From Candidatus Latescibacterota bacterium (GTDB taxonomy: Bacteria; Latescibacterota; UBA2968): a stretch of 64,000 bases of DNA. This document shows, one piece after another, positions 9,954 through 19,478 of this stretch. The first letter of the stretch is position 1. The number at the start of each line of letters is the position of its first letter. The stretch is taken from contig OZ242320.1 in NCBI GenBank assembly GCA_965208125.1, positions 1,184,001-1,248,000 of the forward strand, written 5' to 3'. Below the pieces are notes generated by a model that was not told where the DNA came from, made no database searches, and was given only the letters and a program-made list of their open reading frames with translations. The position numbers and the translations under genes were made by a program.

Positions 9954-10733
9954 CTACATCCCCTCCCAATACTCCCACATATCATCCGGATCTTCAAACT
10001 TCAGATCATCCCAATTCGTCCATCGAAAACGCGTAATAATCGCCATGCGAATCTCATCGCTACAATTCATACTCGCGCTGTGAATCAAATGACTGTGCCA
10101 GATCATAGCGGATCCCGCTGGCCCAGAAATCTCCTCATAATCCGCTTCATCCCAATCGAGAATCTCCAGCGGCCTCGTCGAACGCGGTTCCCCCTCGTAA
10201 ATCGGCAAAGCGTAAAACGCCTTACCCAAACTCACCCGCGAATGGGTCTTAAAATAATCCGCCATGTGTTTATGCGTCCCCGGCCACACGCAGGTACCTC
10301 CGCCCTGGGGCTTCACATCATTGAGATACAGCGTAATACCCACCGTCCAATTATTCACAACACCGCTACCAAGCCCGTGCCCATCCATGTGATTGCCTCT
10401 GGGACCTTCCCATTCACCACCCTGTGGAAACCGCAAATTCGCCGACGTAATTGGTGGATGCAAAGGAGCCAAACGCCCCTTACCCGCCAACTCTTCAACC
10501 ATGTCGTACAACGGCGAATCGTAAACCAACGCGTGAAACGCCGCGTGCCCATCCATCCCCTGAGACCCCTCTTTCCCAACCCACGAAGAAGGATCATTGC
10601 GATCCACAGGTAAATGATCCCAGATCACATCTCGCGCGGCTTCCATCTGCTCGGGCGTCACCACATCGCGTTTGATCACATAGCCCTTCTCTCGAAACAC
10701 CTTTTTATCATCAACCGTCAAATACGCCATCAC
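9954..10733 (-). CDS. PhyH-family Fe(II)/2-oxoglutarate dioxygenase
   Basis: FREKGYVI, HMD, GGT.VWPGTH, distal HSA..N....R. Confidence 0.85.
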   Translation of the reverse strand: MMAYLTVDDKKVFREKGYVIKRDVVTPEQMEAARDVIWDHLPVDRNDPSSWVGKEGSQGMDGHAAFHALVYDSPLYDMVEELAGKGRLAPLHPPITSANLRFPQGGEWEGPRGNHMDGHGLGSGVVNNWTVGITLYLNDVKPQGGGTCVWPGTHKHMADYFKTHSRVSLGKAFYALPIYEGEPRSTRPLEILDWDEADYEEISGPAGSAMIWHSHLIHSASMNCSDEIRMAIITRFRWTNWDDLKFEDPDDMWEYWEGM

Positions 10734-12184
10734 ACACTCCTTCCATCGGCGATATACCTCTCAACCATCTCCCTGAACTCGCGCACAATACCCGGTTCTC
10801 TGCCAAACAGATTATAAGACTCAAACGGATCATCTCCCATATGATAAAGCTGACCCCTCGACCCCGGCACAGGACCCGTGCCCACACACCCATCCACACC
10901 GCGCCCCATATCTCCAGAATTATCACAATCGACAATCAACTTCCAATCCCCTCGCCGAATCGAAAACACCCCCATACAGGAATGGTGTATCAAATCATCC
11001 CGAACGGACTTATTCTCCCCCATCAAAGCGGGTAAAAAACTCGCACTATCTTCACCCGCATCCTCTGGAAGCGTCTCCCCCACAATATCCGCCACAGTCG
11101 CCATAAAATCTTGCAACCCCACCAGCGCAGCGCAAACCGAATTGGGCGCAACAACACCCGGCCAGCGCGCGATAAACGGCTCTCTGTGTCCCCCCTCCCA
11201 AATATACCCCTTAAAACCGCGCCAATCACCACAGGACTTGTGACCATACGTGCGACCATCACAACCCGGCAAAGCACCATTATCACTCGTCACAATAACC
11301 AGCGTATCATCCGCCAATCCACAGCGATCCAGCGCATCCATCACCTGCCCCACCATCCAGTCAACCAGCGCGACCATATCTCCCCGGGGACCCGCCTCAC
11401 TTGCACCGCGCAAAAACTCCGGCACACATTCGACCGTACACGGCTCATGCGGCGCAGAAGCCGCCAGATAAAGAAAAAATGGCGTATCTTCATCCCTCGC
11501 CCGCTCCTCAATATACGCCACAGCCTTCTCTGTAAAAGCCGGATCCGCTTCCTTGTGGTCCCAGTCCGGAACCATCAACCCGCGCCGACCACCCGCCATC
11601 TCAACCGGCTTTTGCACACTCGGAATACCCACCGTCTGATCCTGATCGATAAAACAATAGGGCGGTTGCGCTGTCGAACAACCCGATGTCCCGTAAAACC
11701 TGTCAAACCCCAGATCAATCGGTCCCCCCGCAATCGGCTTTGAAAAATCGATCTTATCTTCCTCCACCGGATCGGGTGACCCCCCCGGCCACGGCAGGGG
11801 CTGATCAAAATCAAACACCTCACCATCCTTCACCCCCCAACCCAGTCCCAAATGCCACTTGCCAAAACACCCCGTATGATATCCACACTTCTTCAACAAA
11901 GAAGCCACCGTCATACGCTCGGGATCAATCAATGGTAGTTCGTAATTGAACAACACATGGGCCTTCAATTCGGTGCGCCAGCAATAACGTCCGGTCAAAA
12001 TCCCATATCGCGTGGGCGTACACACCGCCGAAGGCGAATGTGCATCCGTAAACCGCATCCCCTCGCGCGCCAACCGATCCATATACGGCGTGGGGATCTT
12101 CGACTGCGGATTATAACACCCAACATCGCCATAGCCCATATCATCGGCGAGGATATAAACAATATTCGGACGTGTCTTAGACAT
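10730..12184 (-). CDS. Arylsulfatase (S1)
   Basis: LADDMGYGD, CTPTRYGILTGRY, GKWHLG, TSDNG, EGGHREP. Confidence 0.92.
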   Translation of the reverse strand: MSKTRPNIVYILADDMGYGDVGCYNPQSKIPTPYMDRLAREGMRFTDAHSPSAVCTPTRYGILTGRYCWRTELKAHVLFNYELPLIDPERMTVASLLKKCGYHTGCFGKWHLGLGWGVKDGEVFDFDQPLPWPGGSPDPVEEDKIDFSKPIAGGPIDLGFDRFYGTSGCSTAQPPYCFIDQDQTVGIPSVQKPVEMAGGRRGLMVPDWDHKEADPAFTEKAVAYIEERARDEDTPFFLYLAASAPHEPCTVECVPEFLRGASEAGPRGDMVALVDWMVGQVMDALDRCGLADDTLVIVTSDNGALPGCDGRTYGHKSCGDWRGFKGYIWEGGHREPFIARWPGVVAPNSVCAALVGLQDFMATVADIVGETLPEDAGEDSASFLPALMGENKSVRDDLIHHSCMGVFSIRRGDWKLIVDCDNSGDMGRGVDGCVGTGPVPGSRGQLYHMGDDPFESYNLFGREPGIVREFREMVERYIADGRSV

Positions 12185-12186
12185 CT

Positions 12187-12597
12187 CTAACTCCTCATAT
12201 CGACCCACGGTTCATCCCCTGACACATCGACCAGCACCTCACCGTCGAATTTAGCCGGAGACAAAATCGCCAGAAAAACCAGATCCTCATCCCCGGCATT
12301 ATACGTCCCATGCACCATATCCATCGGAATATGCGCCGCATCTCCCGGACCCAGAATTCGCGAATCCCTATCCACCCACTGTTCCGCCGTCCCTGCAACC
12401 ACGTAAATAATCTCTTCCATACACGGATGGCGATGAAACGCGTGCGCCTTGCCCGGCGGCATCGTCACCCGCACCAGCAACAAATGATCCGCCTCGGTCA
12501 ACCCCGCCCGACTGATCCACTCGTGCGGTCCCCACGGCAATTCCTCCACCTGCACATCGGATTTTGTGATAAATCTGAGAACATCTGATTTTGACAT
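12187..12597 (-). CDS. Cupin domain protein
   Basis: FHRHP..EEIIYV..G and HIP...VHGTYN cupin motifs. Confidence 0.88.
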   Translation of the reverse strand: MSKSDVLRFITKSDVQVEELPWGPHEWISRAGLTEADHLLLVRVTMPPGKAHAFHRHPCMEEIIYVVAGTAEQWVDRDSRILGPGDAAHIPMDMVHGTYNAGDEDLVFLAILSPAKFDGEVLVDVSGDEPWVDMRS

Positions 12598-12600
12598 CGC

Positions 12601-13977
12601 TCACTCCTGCGGCAACTCCTCGGCACTGATATCGATCTCCTCGATCAACCGCGCCAGATCTGCTTCCACCTCTGCCTGCACATCGGCATACGCCGAATCG
12701 CCATACACACTCGTCATCTCCCAGGGATCCTTTTCCAAATCGAACAAATCACGCTCACCGGTTCGATGTACTGCAAGCGTATAGTCTTGCGTACGCACGC
12801 CATAGTGCTTCGTCGGCCCATCCCAATACGCATAAAAAGCCGACTGCCGCCAATCTTCTGGCGTCTCCCCCTCGCACAGGGCGCGAAAACTTCTGCCCTG
12901 CACCTGTGCATCGGGTTGCAACCCGGCAAAATCGAGATACGTCGCACCAAAATCCACATTCACCACAATATCCTCATTCACCGAACCCGGTGCAATCGCC
13001 CCTGGATACCGCATCACATAAGGCATGAGCAGCGACTCTTCCAAAATCAACCGCTTGTCAAAATACGAATGCTCGCCCAAAAACATACCCTGGTCAGAAG
13101 TATATACCACAATCGTATTCTCCGTCAACCCCTCCTCATCCAGATAATCCAGCAACCGCCCCACACCCTCATCAATCGCCGCAATACACCGCAAATAATC
13201 CTTCACATACTTCTGGTAAGCCGCGTGAATCTTCTCCGTCGTATTCATCCCCGTCGTATCCAGCCGCCCCGTAGGCCACGCTCTTCCCCGAACACCCTCA
13301 TCCATCCGCTCGGCCTGCGAGAGCATCGTGCGGTGGTGATCCTCCAACGCGCTGGACACCTTGTCAAACGGCTTATACAAATTCGACGGCTCGGGCAAAT
13401 CCCCATCCGTGAACAAATCCGCATGACGGGGCGCGTACTCCCACAAACCATGGGGTGCTTTGTGATGACACAGCATCAAAAAGGGCTTATCCGGATCGCG
13501 CGCCTTCAACCAGTTGAGCGACAAATCCGTAATAATATCCGTCGCGTAACCCTCGTACTGCGTTGGCTCGCCATTGCGCGTAAACGACGGATCAAAATAA
13601 GCCCCCTGCCCAGGCAACACCTCCCAATAATCAAACCCATCCGGATCAGACCCCAGATGCCATTTACCCGCAATACCCGTTTGATACCCAGAAGCCTGCA
13701 ACTGCCGCACAAAATTGGGGTGATCGTCACTCAGGGGTTGATTCAACCGCAACACCCCATTTTTATGGCTATATTGCCCCGTAATAATACTCGCCCTGCT
13801 CGGCGAACACAGCGCATTGTTGCAAATACAATTGTCAAACCGCATCCCCTCATTGGCGATGCGGTCAATATTCGGTGTATCCACCACCTCATTCAGCCAT
13901 CCGTTATAACAACTGATGGCATTCACAGTATGATCATCAGACATAATGTAGAGAATATTAGGACGCGAATCAGACAT
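12601..13977 (-). CDS. Sulfatase, GlcNAc-6-sulfatase/mucin-desulfating-like
   Basis: MSDDH, CSPSRA, GFDYWEVLPGQG.Y, HHKAPH, TSDQG.FLGEH..FDKR. Confidence 0.88.
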   Translation of the reverse strand: MSDSRPNILYIMSDDHTVNAISCYNGWLNEVVDTPNIDRIANEGMRFDNCICNNALCSPSRASIITGQYSHKNGVLRLNQPLSDDHPNFVRQLQASGYQTGIAGKWHLGSDPDGFDYWEVLPGQGAYFDPSFTRNGEPTQYEGYATDIITDLSLNWLKARDPDKPFLMLCHHKAPHGLWEYAPRHADLFTDGDLPEPSNLYKPFDKVSSALEDHHRTMLSQAERMDEGVRGRAWPTGRLDTTGMNTTEKIHAAYQKYVKDYLRCIAAIDEGVGRLLDYLDEEGLTENTIVVYTSDQGMFLGEHSYFDKRLILEESLLMPYVMRYPGAIAPGSVNEDIVVNVDFGATYLDFAGLQPDAQVQGRSFRALCEGETPEDWRQSAFYAYWDGPTKHYGVRTQDYTLAVHRTGERDLFDLEKDPWEMTSVYGDSAYADVQAEVEADLARLIEEIDISAEELPQE

Positions 13978-14001
13978 TAAACCCTCCATTTGTAAAAAAT
14001 A

Positions 14002-15264
14002 TCACCGCTCTGGAACATAATCATCAACGAACTCCGGCATCATATCCAACACCTTCTGCAAGCGTTCGCGCGCCTCTTCGGCATCGACATCGCCCAGCCC
14101 CAAAACAATATCGTACTCTTCCAGCCGATCTGCAGGCACATCGTAAAACCGACCATCGTGATAAATTTTAAACCGATGTTCCCGCGCAAACTGTCCCGCG
14201 TGATCTTGACCAAAACCAAAACGCGGATTGTAATGACAAAAAATCCAATCCCTCGGATCGCCCCGTTCACCCCGCAACTGGGGCAAAAAACTGCGCCCAT
14301 CGCACGGCATACCCTCTGGAATGGGCGCATCGGCCAAATCCATCAGCGTCGGCAAAAAATCGCTAAAATCCACCAGATCATCTAACACCACGCCCTCTGG
14401 CGCCACACCCTGCCAAAAAGCAATAAAAGGCACATGCGTGCCCGCATCGGGCATCGTGCCCTTACCGCCCACAATCTCAACATCACCCTCAAGCTGAGAC
14501 GTAATCGTGCGATGCGTACCATTATCACTCGTAAACATCACCAGCGTATTCTCGAGCAAATCGAGCGCCTCGAGCTTCTCCACAATCCGCCCCACCAGCT
14601 TATCCGCATACGCCACCATATCGGCAAAATAGCGCGTATCCTGCTCACCCCTCCGGTCTCTATCCCGCCATTCCGGGCTATCGGGCGTGGGAACAAAAGG
14701 CGCGTGAACCAGAATCATCGGATAATAAGCAAAAAAAGGCACATCCCGATGTCGCTCAATAAAATCCAGCAAATAATCACAACAAATATCGGGACCATAT
14801 CGATCTTCAATATAATCGTCTGGCAACCATTCCCCATTACATTCAATTTGCGGATTTGCATATCGCCCTTTTGCAACGCGCGCAGGATCTTCTGGAAGCG
14901 GCGTCATATTCCACAAACAATGCTCGTCAAATCCAAAATGCGCCGGCATCTTATTGTCCTTACTCAACTGCCACTTGCCCGCAACACATGTCGCATACCC
15001 CGCATCCTGTAACAAATTGCCAAACGTCTTTTCTTTGGGATTCAAATAGGCGAACCTGTCGTAATTCCGAAAATTGTACTGCCCCGTCATAATCTCCACG
15101 CGAGAAGGCGTACACAGCGGCGTCGAATAACAATGGGAAAAGCGAATCCCCCGCGATGCCAGATCATCCAACACCGGCGTCTCATACGTTGTACTCCCAT
15201 AACAACTCAAACACTCAAACCCCATATCATCTGCCATAATCAGCACAATATTCGGTCTTGCCAT
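14002..15264 (-). CDS. S1 sulfatase
   Basis: MADDMG, CTPSR, GKWQL, YYPMILVHAPFVPTP, TSDNGT. Confidence 0.9.
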   Translation of the reverse strand: MARPNIVLIMADDMGFECLSCYGSTTYETPVLDDLASRGIRFSHCYSTPLCTPSRVEIMTGQYNFRNYDRFAYLNPKEKTFGNLLQDAGYATCVAGKWQLSKDNKMPAHFGFDEHCLWNMTPLPEDPARVAKGRYANPQIECNGEWLPDDYIEDRYGPDICCDYLLDFIERHRDVPFFAYYPMILVHAPFVPTPDSPEWRDRDRRGEQDTRYFADMVAYADKLVGRIVEKLEALDLLENTLVMFTSDNGTHRTITSQLEGDVEIVGGKGTMPDAGTHVPFIAFWQGVAPEGVVLDDLVDFSDFLPTLMDLADAPIPEGMPCDGRSFLPQLRGERGDPRDWIFCHYNPRFGFGQDHAGQFAREHRFKIYHDGRFYDVPADRLEEYDIVLGLGDVDAEEARERLQKVLDMMPEFVDDYVPER

Positions 15265-15280
15265 ACACCCCTCCTAAAAA

Positions 15281-16213
15281 TCATTCCCTCAGTTTTGCGA
15301 TCAAAAACGCCTCCATACTTCCGTATTTATTTTCCGGATGATCTGGAGATCGGACGGAGCATTCGAGACCCAGTTTGGTCATCGCTTCCTGAAGCTTAAG
15401 GCCGTGTTTTACATGGTGGACCCAAACCCCGGGATTGGTACTGTTATCTACGGGGACATCCCCTCGTCTGTAAGACATAAACACGGGAACGTCGTCCGTG
15501 GAAACATGAGTTATAGCAGATGAATCCTCCATGAGCTTTCCTATACGCTCGTCGTTAAAAAAGACCGAATCCTCTTTTACGTCAAACAAAGTATGGAACT
15601 CTTTGTTAATTGTAAACTTACCGATATCGAGTCCAAACCAGCGGCGAATAACCCGAAGATCGTAGGAGGATTGCCCATTATTTGAAGCCGCGGCAATGAT
15701 TCTGGTCGATTGGCGAGCAATGGGATCGTCGCTGTCTGGATCCGCCAAATCGTCGTGAAACGCAAGCCAAAGAGAAATACCGGCTCCCGCCGATCCTCCG
15801 TAGCACGCGATCTTTTCCGGATTCACATTCCATTCCTTGGCGCGGTGGCGAATCGTCTGCAGACAGCGAGCCGCATCCTCCATCATGATTGGATAAGGAC
15901 CGACATCGGATAAGCGATAATGAATGGCAGCGACGGATATACCAGCATCTTGAAATTGCCTGATGGACCTCCCGTTAATCGACCTTTTGTTTCCAGTTCT
16001 AAATCCTCCGCCATGGATGTAAATAGCCAGTGGGGTTGGAGCACCGGTTTTGGATTCAGTAATCCACAAATCGAATACCTGTCGTTCATGACTCCCATAA
16101 GCGATATTGGCGAAAGTCGGAGCGGGCGGTTGTTCCCTTTGCGCGTTAACGGCGGGTGGCGCAACGATTGCCAGACCTGCCACCAGGGTGGCGATAAAGC
16201 GCTTTGGTATCAT
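15281..16213 (-). CDS. Secreted alpha/beta-hydrolase (carbohydrate esterase/lipase-like)
   Basis: HGGGF oxyanion motif and GGSAGA nucleophile elbow; signal-peptide-like N-terminus from the ATG at 16213 (start uncertain). Confidence 0.82.
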   Translation of the reverse strand: MIPKRFIATLVAGLAIVAPPAVNAQREQPPAPTFANIAYGSHERQVFDLWITESKTGAPTPLAIYIHGGGFRTGNKRSINGRSIRQFQDAGISVAAIHYRLSDVGPYPIMMEDAARCLQTIRHRAKEWNVNPEKIACYGGSAGAGISLWLAFHDDLADPDSDDPIARQSTRIIAAASNNGQSSYDLRVIRRWFGLDIGKFTINKEFHTLFDVKEDSVFFNDERIGKLMEDSSAITHVSTDDVPVFMSYRRGDVPVDNSTNPGVWVHHVKHGLKLQEAMTKLGLECSVRSPDHPENKYGSMEAFLIAKLRE

Positions 16214-16389
16214 CTGGTCTATCCACCTTTCTGTCATCCTTTCTGTCATCTGCATGGGAGATAGGCGAACTGGTTTGCCTATCCCGTTATTGTTCACCCT
16301 GTTAAAATAATTACGTGAAACACCTTTGTCATCAACCATCGCGGGTGGCAAGTATAGACAAAAAACTAAAGAAAAAGGTGTAAATCTAA

Positions 16390-16419
16390 TTGACACACCA
16401 ATGCTGCAGATGATACCAT
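16390..16419 (+). promoter_or_regulatory. Putative sigma70 promoter of the plus-strand PhyH gene
   Basis: TTGACA, 18-nt spacer, TACCAT with an extended -10 TG. Confidence 0.55.
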
Positions 16420-16466
16420 ATAGGGAACAAATCTAAGATGCAGAACAAAGGGGAAGGACACAGAAA

Positions 16467-17315
16467 ATGAACATCTCGCTCACATCAACAGAACGAAGCT
16501 CTGGTGAACTGGCAAAAGACAAATTGGCAAATGCGATAGAGGCTATACGAAACGACGGCTATATCATCATCGAGCAGGTGGTGAATCACGCGATCCTCGA
16601 CGCCCTCAAAACGCGCATGGATGAAGACTCTGCAAAACTGATTGAAGCACAAAAATGGGGTGGCGCAGGTGGCGTACAGGGTCATTTACAACAAGGACCC
16701 CCACCATTTGACCCATTCCTATCCCCAGACATCCTCGTCAATCCCTATGCCATTCAGATCTCACGAGAAATGCTGGGTACAGGGTTCTACTGCTGCTTTT
16801 ACAACGGCAACACCAACACGCCAAACAGCACCTTCCAGCCCCTTCATTCTGACGGCGTTCACCTCTGGGGTGAGCAAAATCGCCCCCATCCAGCAACCCA
16901 ACTCATCATCAATATCTTTCCCCAGGACACATCTGACAAAAACGGATCGACACAAATCTGGCCGGGTTCGCACCTCGACATGCGCCCCGTAACAGACGAA
17001 ACAGAAGCCGATCGTCAATCCTTTTCACCACCCATTCAGGCCACCCTGCAAAAAGGCGACATCCTGATCCGCGATTCGCGTCTCTGGCATCGCGGCGTGC
17101 CAAATCCATCCGATCACAACCGCCACATGATCGCAGTTGTTTACAACATCGGCTGGCTGCTCAGACGGCGAACACTATTCTTTGATAAAAGCAGTGAAAA
17201 AATATTCGAAGCAAGCGGCGTCGATCCCAATGCCGAATTCATCGCCCCCCCGTTCGAATACCTGTTTGAAATGGCGTGCAGAAAAATAAAAAACGACCCC
17301 ATGCGAGGCGTCTAA
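16467..17315 (+). CDS. PhyH-family Fe(II)/2OG dioxygenase
   Basis: QPLHSD, NGSTQIWPGSH, RLWHRGVPN.S...R. Confidence 0.88.
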   Translation: MNISLTSTERSSGELAKDKLANAIEAIRNDGYIIIEQVVNHAILDALKTRMDEDSAKLIEAQKWGGAGGVQGHLQQGPPPFDPFLSPDILVNPYAIQISREMLGTGFYCCFYNGNTNTPNSTFQPLHSDGVHLWGEQNRPHPATQLIINIFPQDTSDKNGSTQIWPGSHLDMRPVTDETEADRQSFSPPIQATLQKGDILIRDSRLWHRGVPNPSDHNRHMIAVVYNIGWLLRRRTLFFDKSSEKIFEASGVDPNAEFIAPPFEYLFEMACRKIKNDPMRGV

Positions 17316-18166
17316 TCCGCTTCATTCTCGCTCGGCATAACCGCCCAATCGGTGCGCAGTTCAGCAGCGAGGTCAGCCGGTGGTTGCATAAAACGCTTAA
17401 CCCGGACACTGGCTTTGGCCTGGCGTCTGGGTCCGGCCAGCTTCCAGGCATTGTAGTGAAATTTGCCTTCGGGTTGCATCACGCGGACATTCAACGTACG
17501 GCGTGGCTTCTGGGTCTGGTTCATGCCAGCGCAGTGCAAGCAGGCCGCGTTGACCACCAGCAAATCACCGGGATCGCCGATAACCTGGACTCTGTTGCTA
17601 TAGTGATTCGGGTTGGAATCCGGCACCCCCGGGTTTTCTTCAGCCTTGAAGCGATGAGTACCCGGTATCACCGAAGTCGCACCGTTTTCCGCCGTGTACC
17701 CGTCGATCAAAAAAAAGAACCACAGCCCCCTGTGCTTGCCATTGGCGGTAAGGCCGGGGCGGAAATCGCGATGGACGCCTTCAGACTGCTTTCCGGGGTT
17801 GTAGCGTTGGGTATTGGCTACAAGATCAGAGAAGTGATAGGTACCCAGGGCAGGCTCGCAGATCGCGTGAACAGTGTCGTGATCAAGAAGCTCTATCGCC
17901 GCATCGCCCCACAAAAAACAGGCACGGGCATTGGGATTCAGATCGAATTTGCGGGTTCCGTACCTGTCGCCGATATTCACATCGGACAGCTTCATCCCGC
18001 CACGCCAGGCGGCAATATAGTCATCGGCGGCACGCTGGGCAATGTCGCGCAAAGGGTCGAGGTACTCAGGTGCGATCTGGTTCCGTATAACGGTATAGCC
18101 GTCGCGGTCGAGATTGGCGAGATGTTCGCCCAGTTCGCTATTGCTGAGGGAATGGACTGGTCGCAT
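17312..18166 (-). CDS. PhyH-family Fe(II)/2OG dioxygenase
   Basis: LDRDGY, VHRD, NGATSVIPGTH, LHCAGMN...PRR; AGGAG RBS before 18166. Confidence 0.88.
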   Translation of the reverse strand: MRPVHSLSNSELGEHLANLDRDGYTVIRNQIAPEYLDPLRDIAQRAADDYIAAWRGGMKLSDVNIGDRYGTRKFDLNPNARACFLWGDAAIELLDHDTVHAICEPALGTYHFSDLVANTQRYNPGKQSEGVHRDFRPGLTANGKHRGLWFFFLIDGYTAENGATSVIPGTHRFKAEENPGVPDSNPNHYSNRVQVIGDPGDLLVVNAACLHCAGMNQTQKPRRTLNVRVMQPEGKFHYNAWKLAGPRRQAKASVRVKRFMQPPADLAAELRTDWAVMPSENEAD

Positions 18167-18182
18167 GGGCTGATCTCCTATC

Positions 18183-19466
18183 TCATTCTTCCTGCTTTTG
18201 TTGATTTCGCAAAATCTCGTCGAGAAGCGGCAGTCCTTTGAGCCGCGCTTTCCAATTTCGAGGCTGTTTTTCGGCAAGGCTCATAATGCCTTTGTTGTAT
18301 TTGAACCCCTCGCTGGTCACATTCTCAATAATCGGATGCCAACTATCCCCCGTACGGTCTCTCACAATCCCGACAGAGGGACCTCTAACCCGTTTGATCT
18401 TCCTATCATTCTTATCAAACCGTAGCTCTTTCAGGTATTCCTCCGGAACATTCGCAAGCCCCTTGAGTGCAATGGCCGCATTTGTCCCAAATATCGCATG
18501 GATATTCTTTACCGTAGTCCCATCTGCAAACACACCGGATTTATAACGCTCATCCACCTGATTCCGTTTCTCCACATAACCAGGTCCCATCGTCACGGCA
18601 AAAGCACAGCTCTTCACAGTCACACCGTCGATCTTGACAACGCCGTTTTGAGCTTTGTGTGGTCCAAGCAACACCGCAGTACTGCCATTCTCACAATATA
18701 GATTCTTTGCCGTAATATCATGCACTCCGCCATTATGCCCTCCGGCACCCGTCTCCAATCTAAAAGTCACCCCACCGCCAATGGCTTCGAGATTTTCAAA
18801 ATGGATGGTCTCCCCTGCATGCATCTGAACCAAACCGTATCCCGGGCTGGTATTCGTGCTTCTCAGATTTCTCACCAGACCATCGGTGGGCCTGAAGACG
18901 CCCCCACTCTCCACATCCCTATCCCTGGACGGCGTAAAGATAAATGCAGAATAAGTGGTAAAACTATCCTTAACATCAATATCGGAGAGCAGAAAATTTT
19001 TGACCTTCCTGCAGTTGATCGTCCGTATGCCTTCCCCCGCCACACTTCCGCGATCTGAATAATCGACAATAAACTTACCGCCCAACCCGCGAATACTGAC
19101 ATTCTCTATGGATTCGGCATTCCTCCCTGTACCCAATCCAAAAACAATGGTCTTCGTACCTTTGGGCCAATAGGGTTTGATAACCGTATCTTTCTCGATC
19201 AACAGGTGTACATTGGACTTCAAGTTGATATCCCCAAAACGATAGACCCCTTTCGGAACGATCAGGCGTCCACCACCTTTTGCCGAGACCTCATCAATCG
19301 CTTTTTGCAGCCGTTCACTCTGATTGCCCTCAGCTTGATCATCAACCAGTCCGAAATCCGTCTTCAGATTCATCGTCAAACCATTTGGATCCAGGGTCTC
19401 CACATATGCTCCCTCTGCAACCGCGGTCATTACAAGCATGGCCATGATCAACAATACGTTCTTCAT
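18183..19466 (-). CDS. Iota-carrageenase-like beta-helix glycoside hydrolase (GH82)
   Basis: Signal peptide; LQKAID...GGG.LIVPKG.Y...I.LKSNVHL; GYGLVQ and GGVTFRLET resemble the GH82 GYGLIQ/GGIALRMET motifs. Confidence 0.72.
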   Translation of the reverse strand: MKNVLLIMAMLVMTAVAEGAYVETLDPNGLTMNLKTDFGLVDDQAEGNQSERLQKAIDEVSAKGGGRLIVPKGVYRFGDINLKSNVHLLIEKDTVIKPYWPKGTKTIVFGLGTGRNAESIENVSIRGLGGKFIVDYSDRGSVAGEGIRTINCRKVKNFLLSDIDVKDSFTTYSAFIFTPSRDRDVESGGVFRPTDGLVRNLRSTNTSPGYGLVQMHAGETIHFENLEAIGGGVTFRLETGAGGHNGGVHDITAKNLYCENGSTAVLLGPHKAQNGVVKIDGVTVKSCAFAVTMGPGYVEKRNQVDERYKSGVFADGTTVKNIHAIFGTNAAIALKGLANVPEEYLKELRFDKNDRKIKRVRGPSVGIVRDRTGDSWHPIIENVTSEGFKYNKGIMSLAEKQPRNWKARLKGLPLLDEILRNQQKQEE

Positions 19467-19478
19467 GGTTTTCTCCCC

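Noticed and set aside
16226-16249. 12-bp tandem duplication upstream of the esterase start
   Set aside because: Only two copies, with no evidence of regulatory or phase-variable function.
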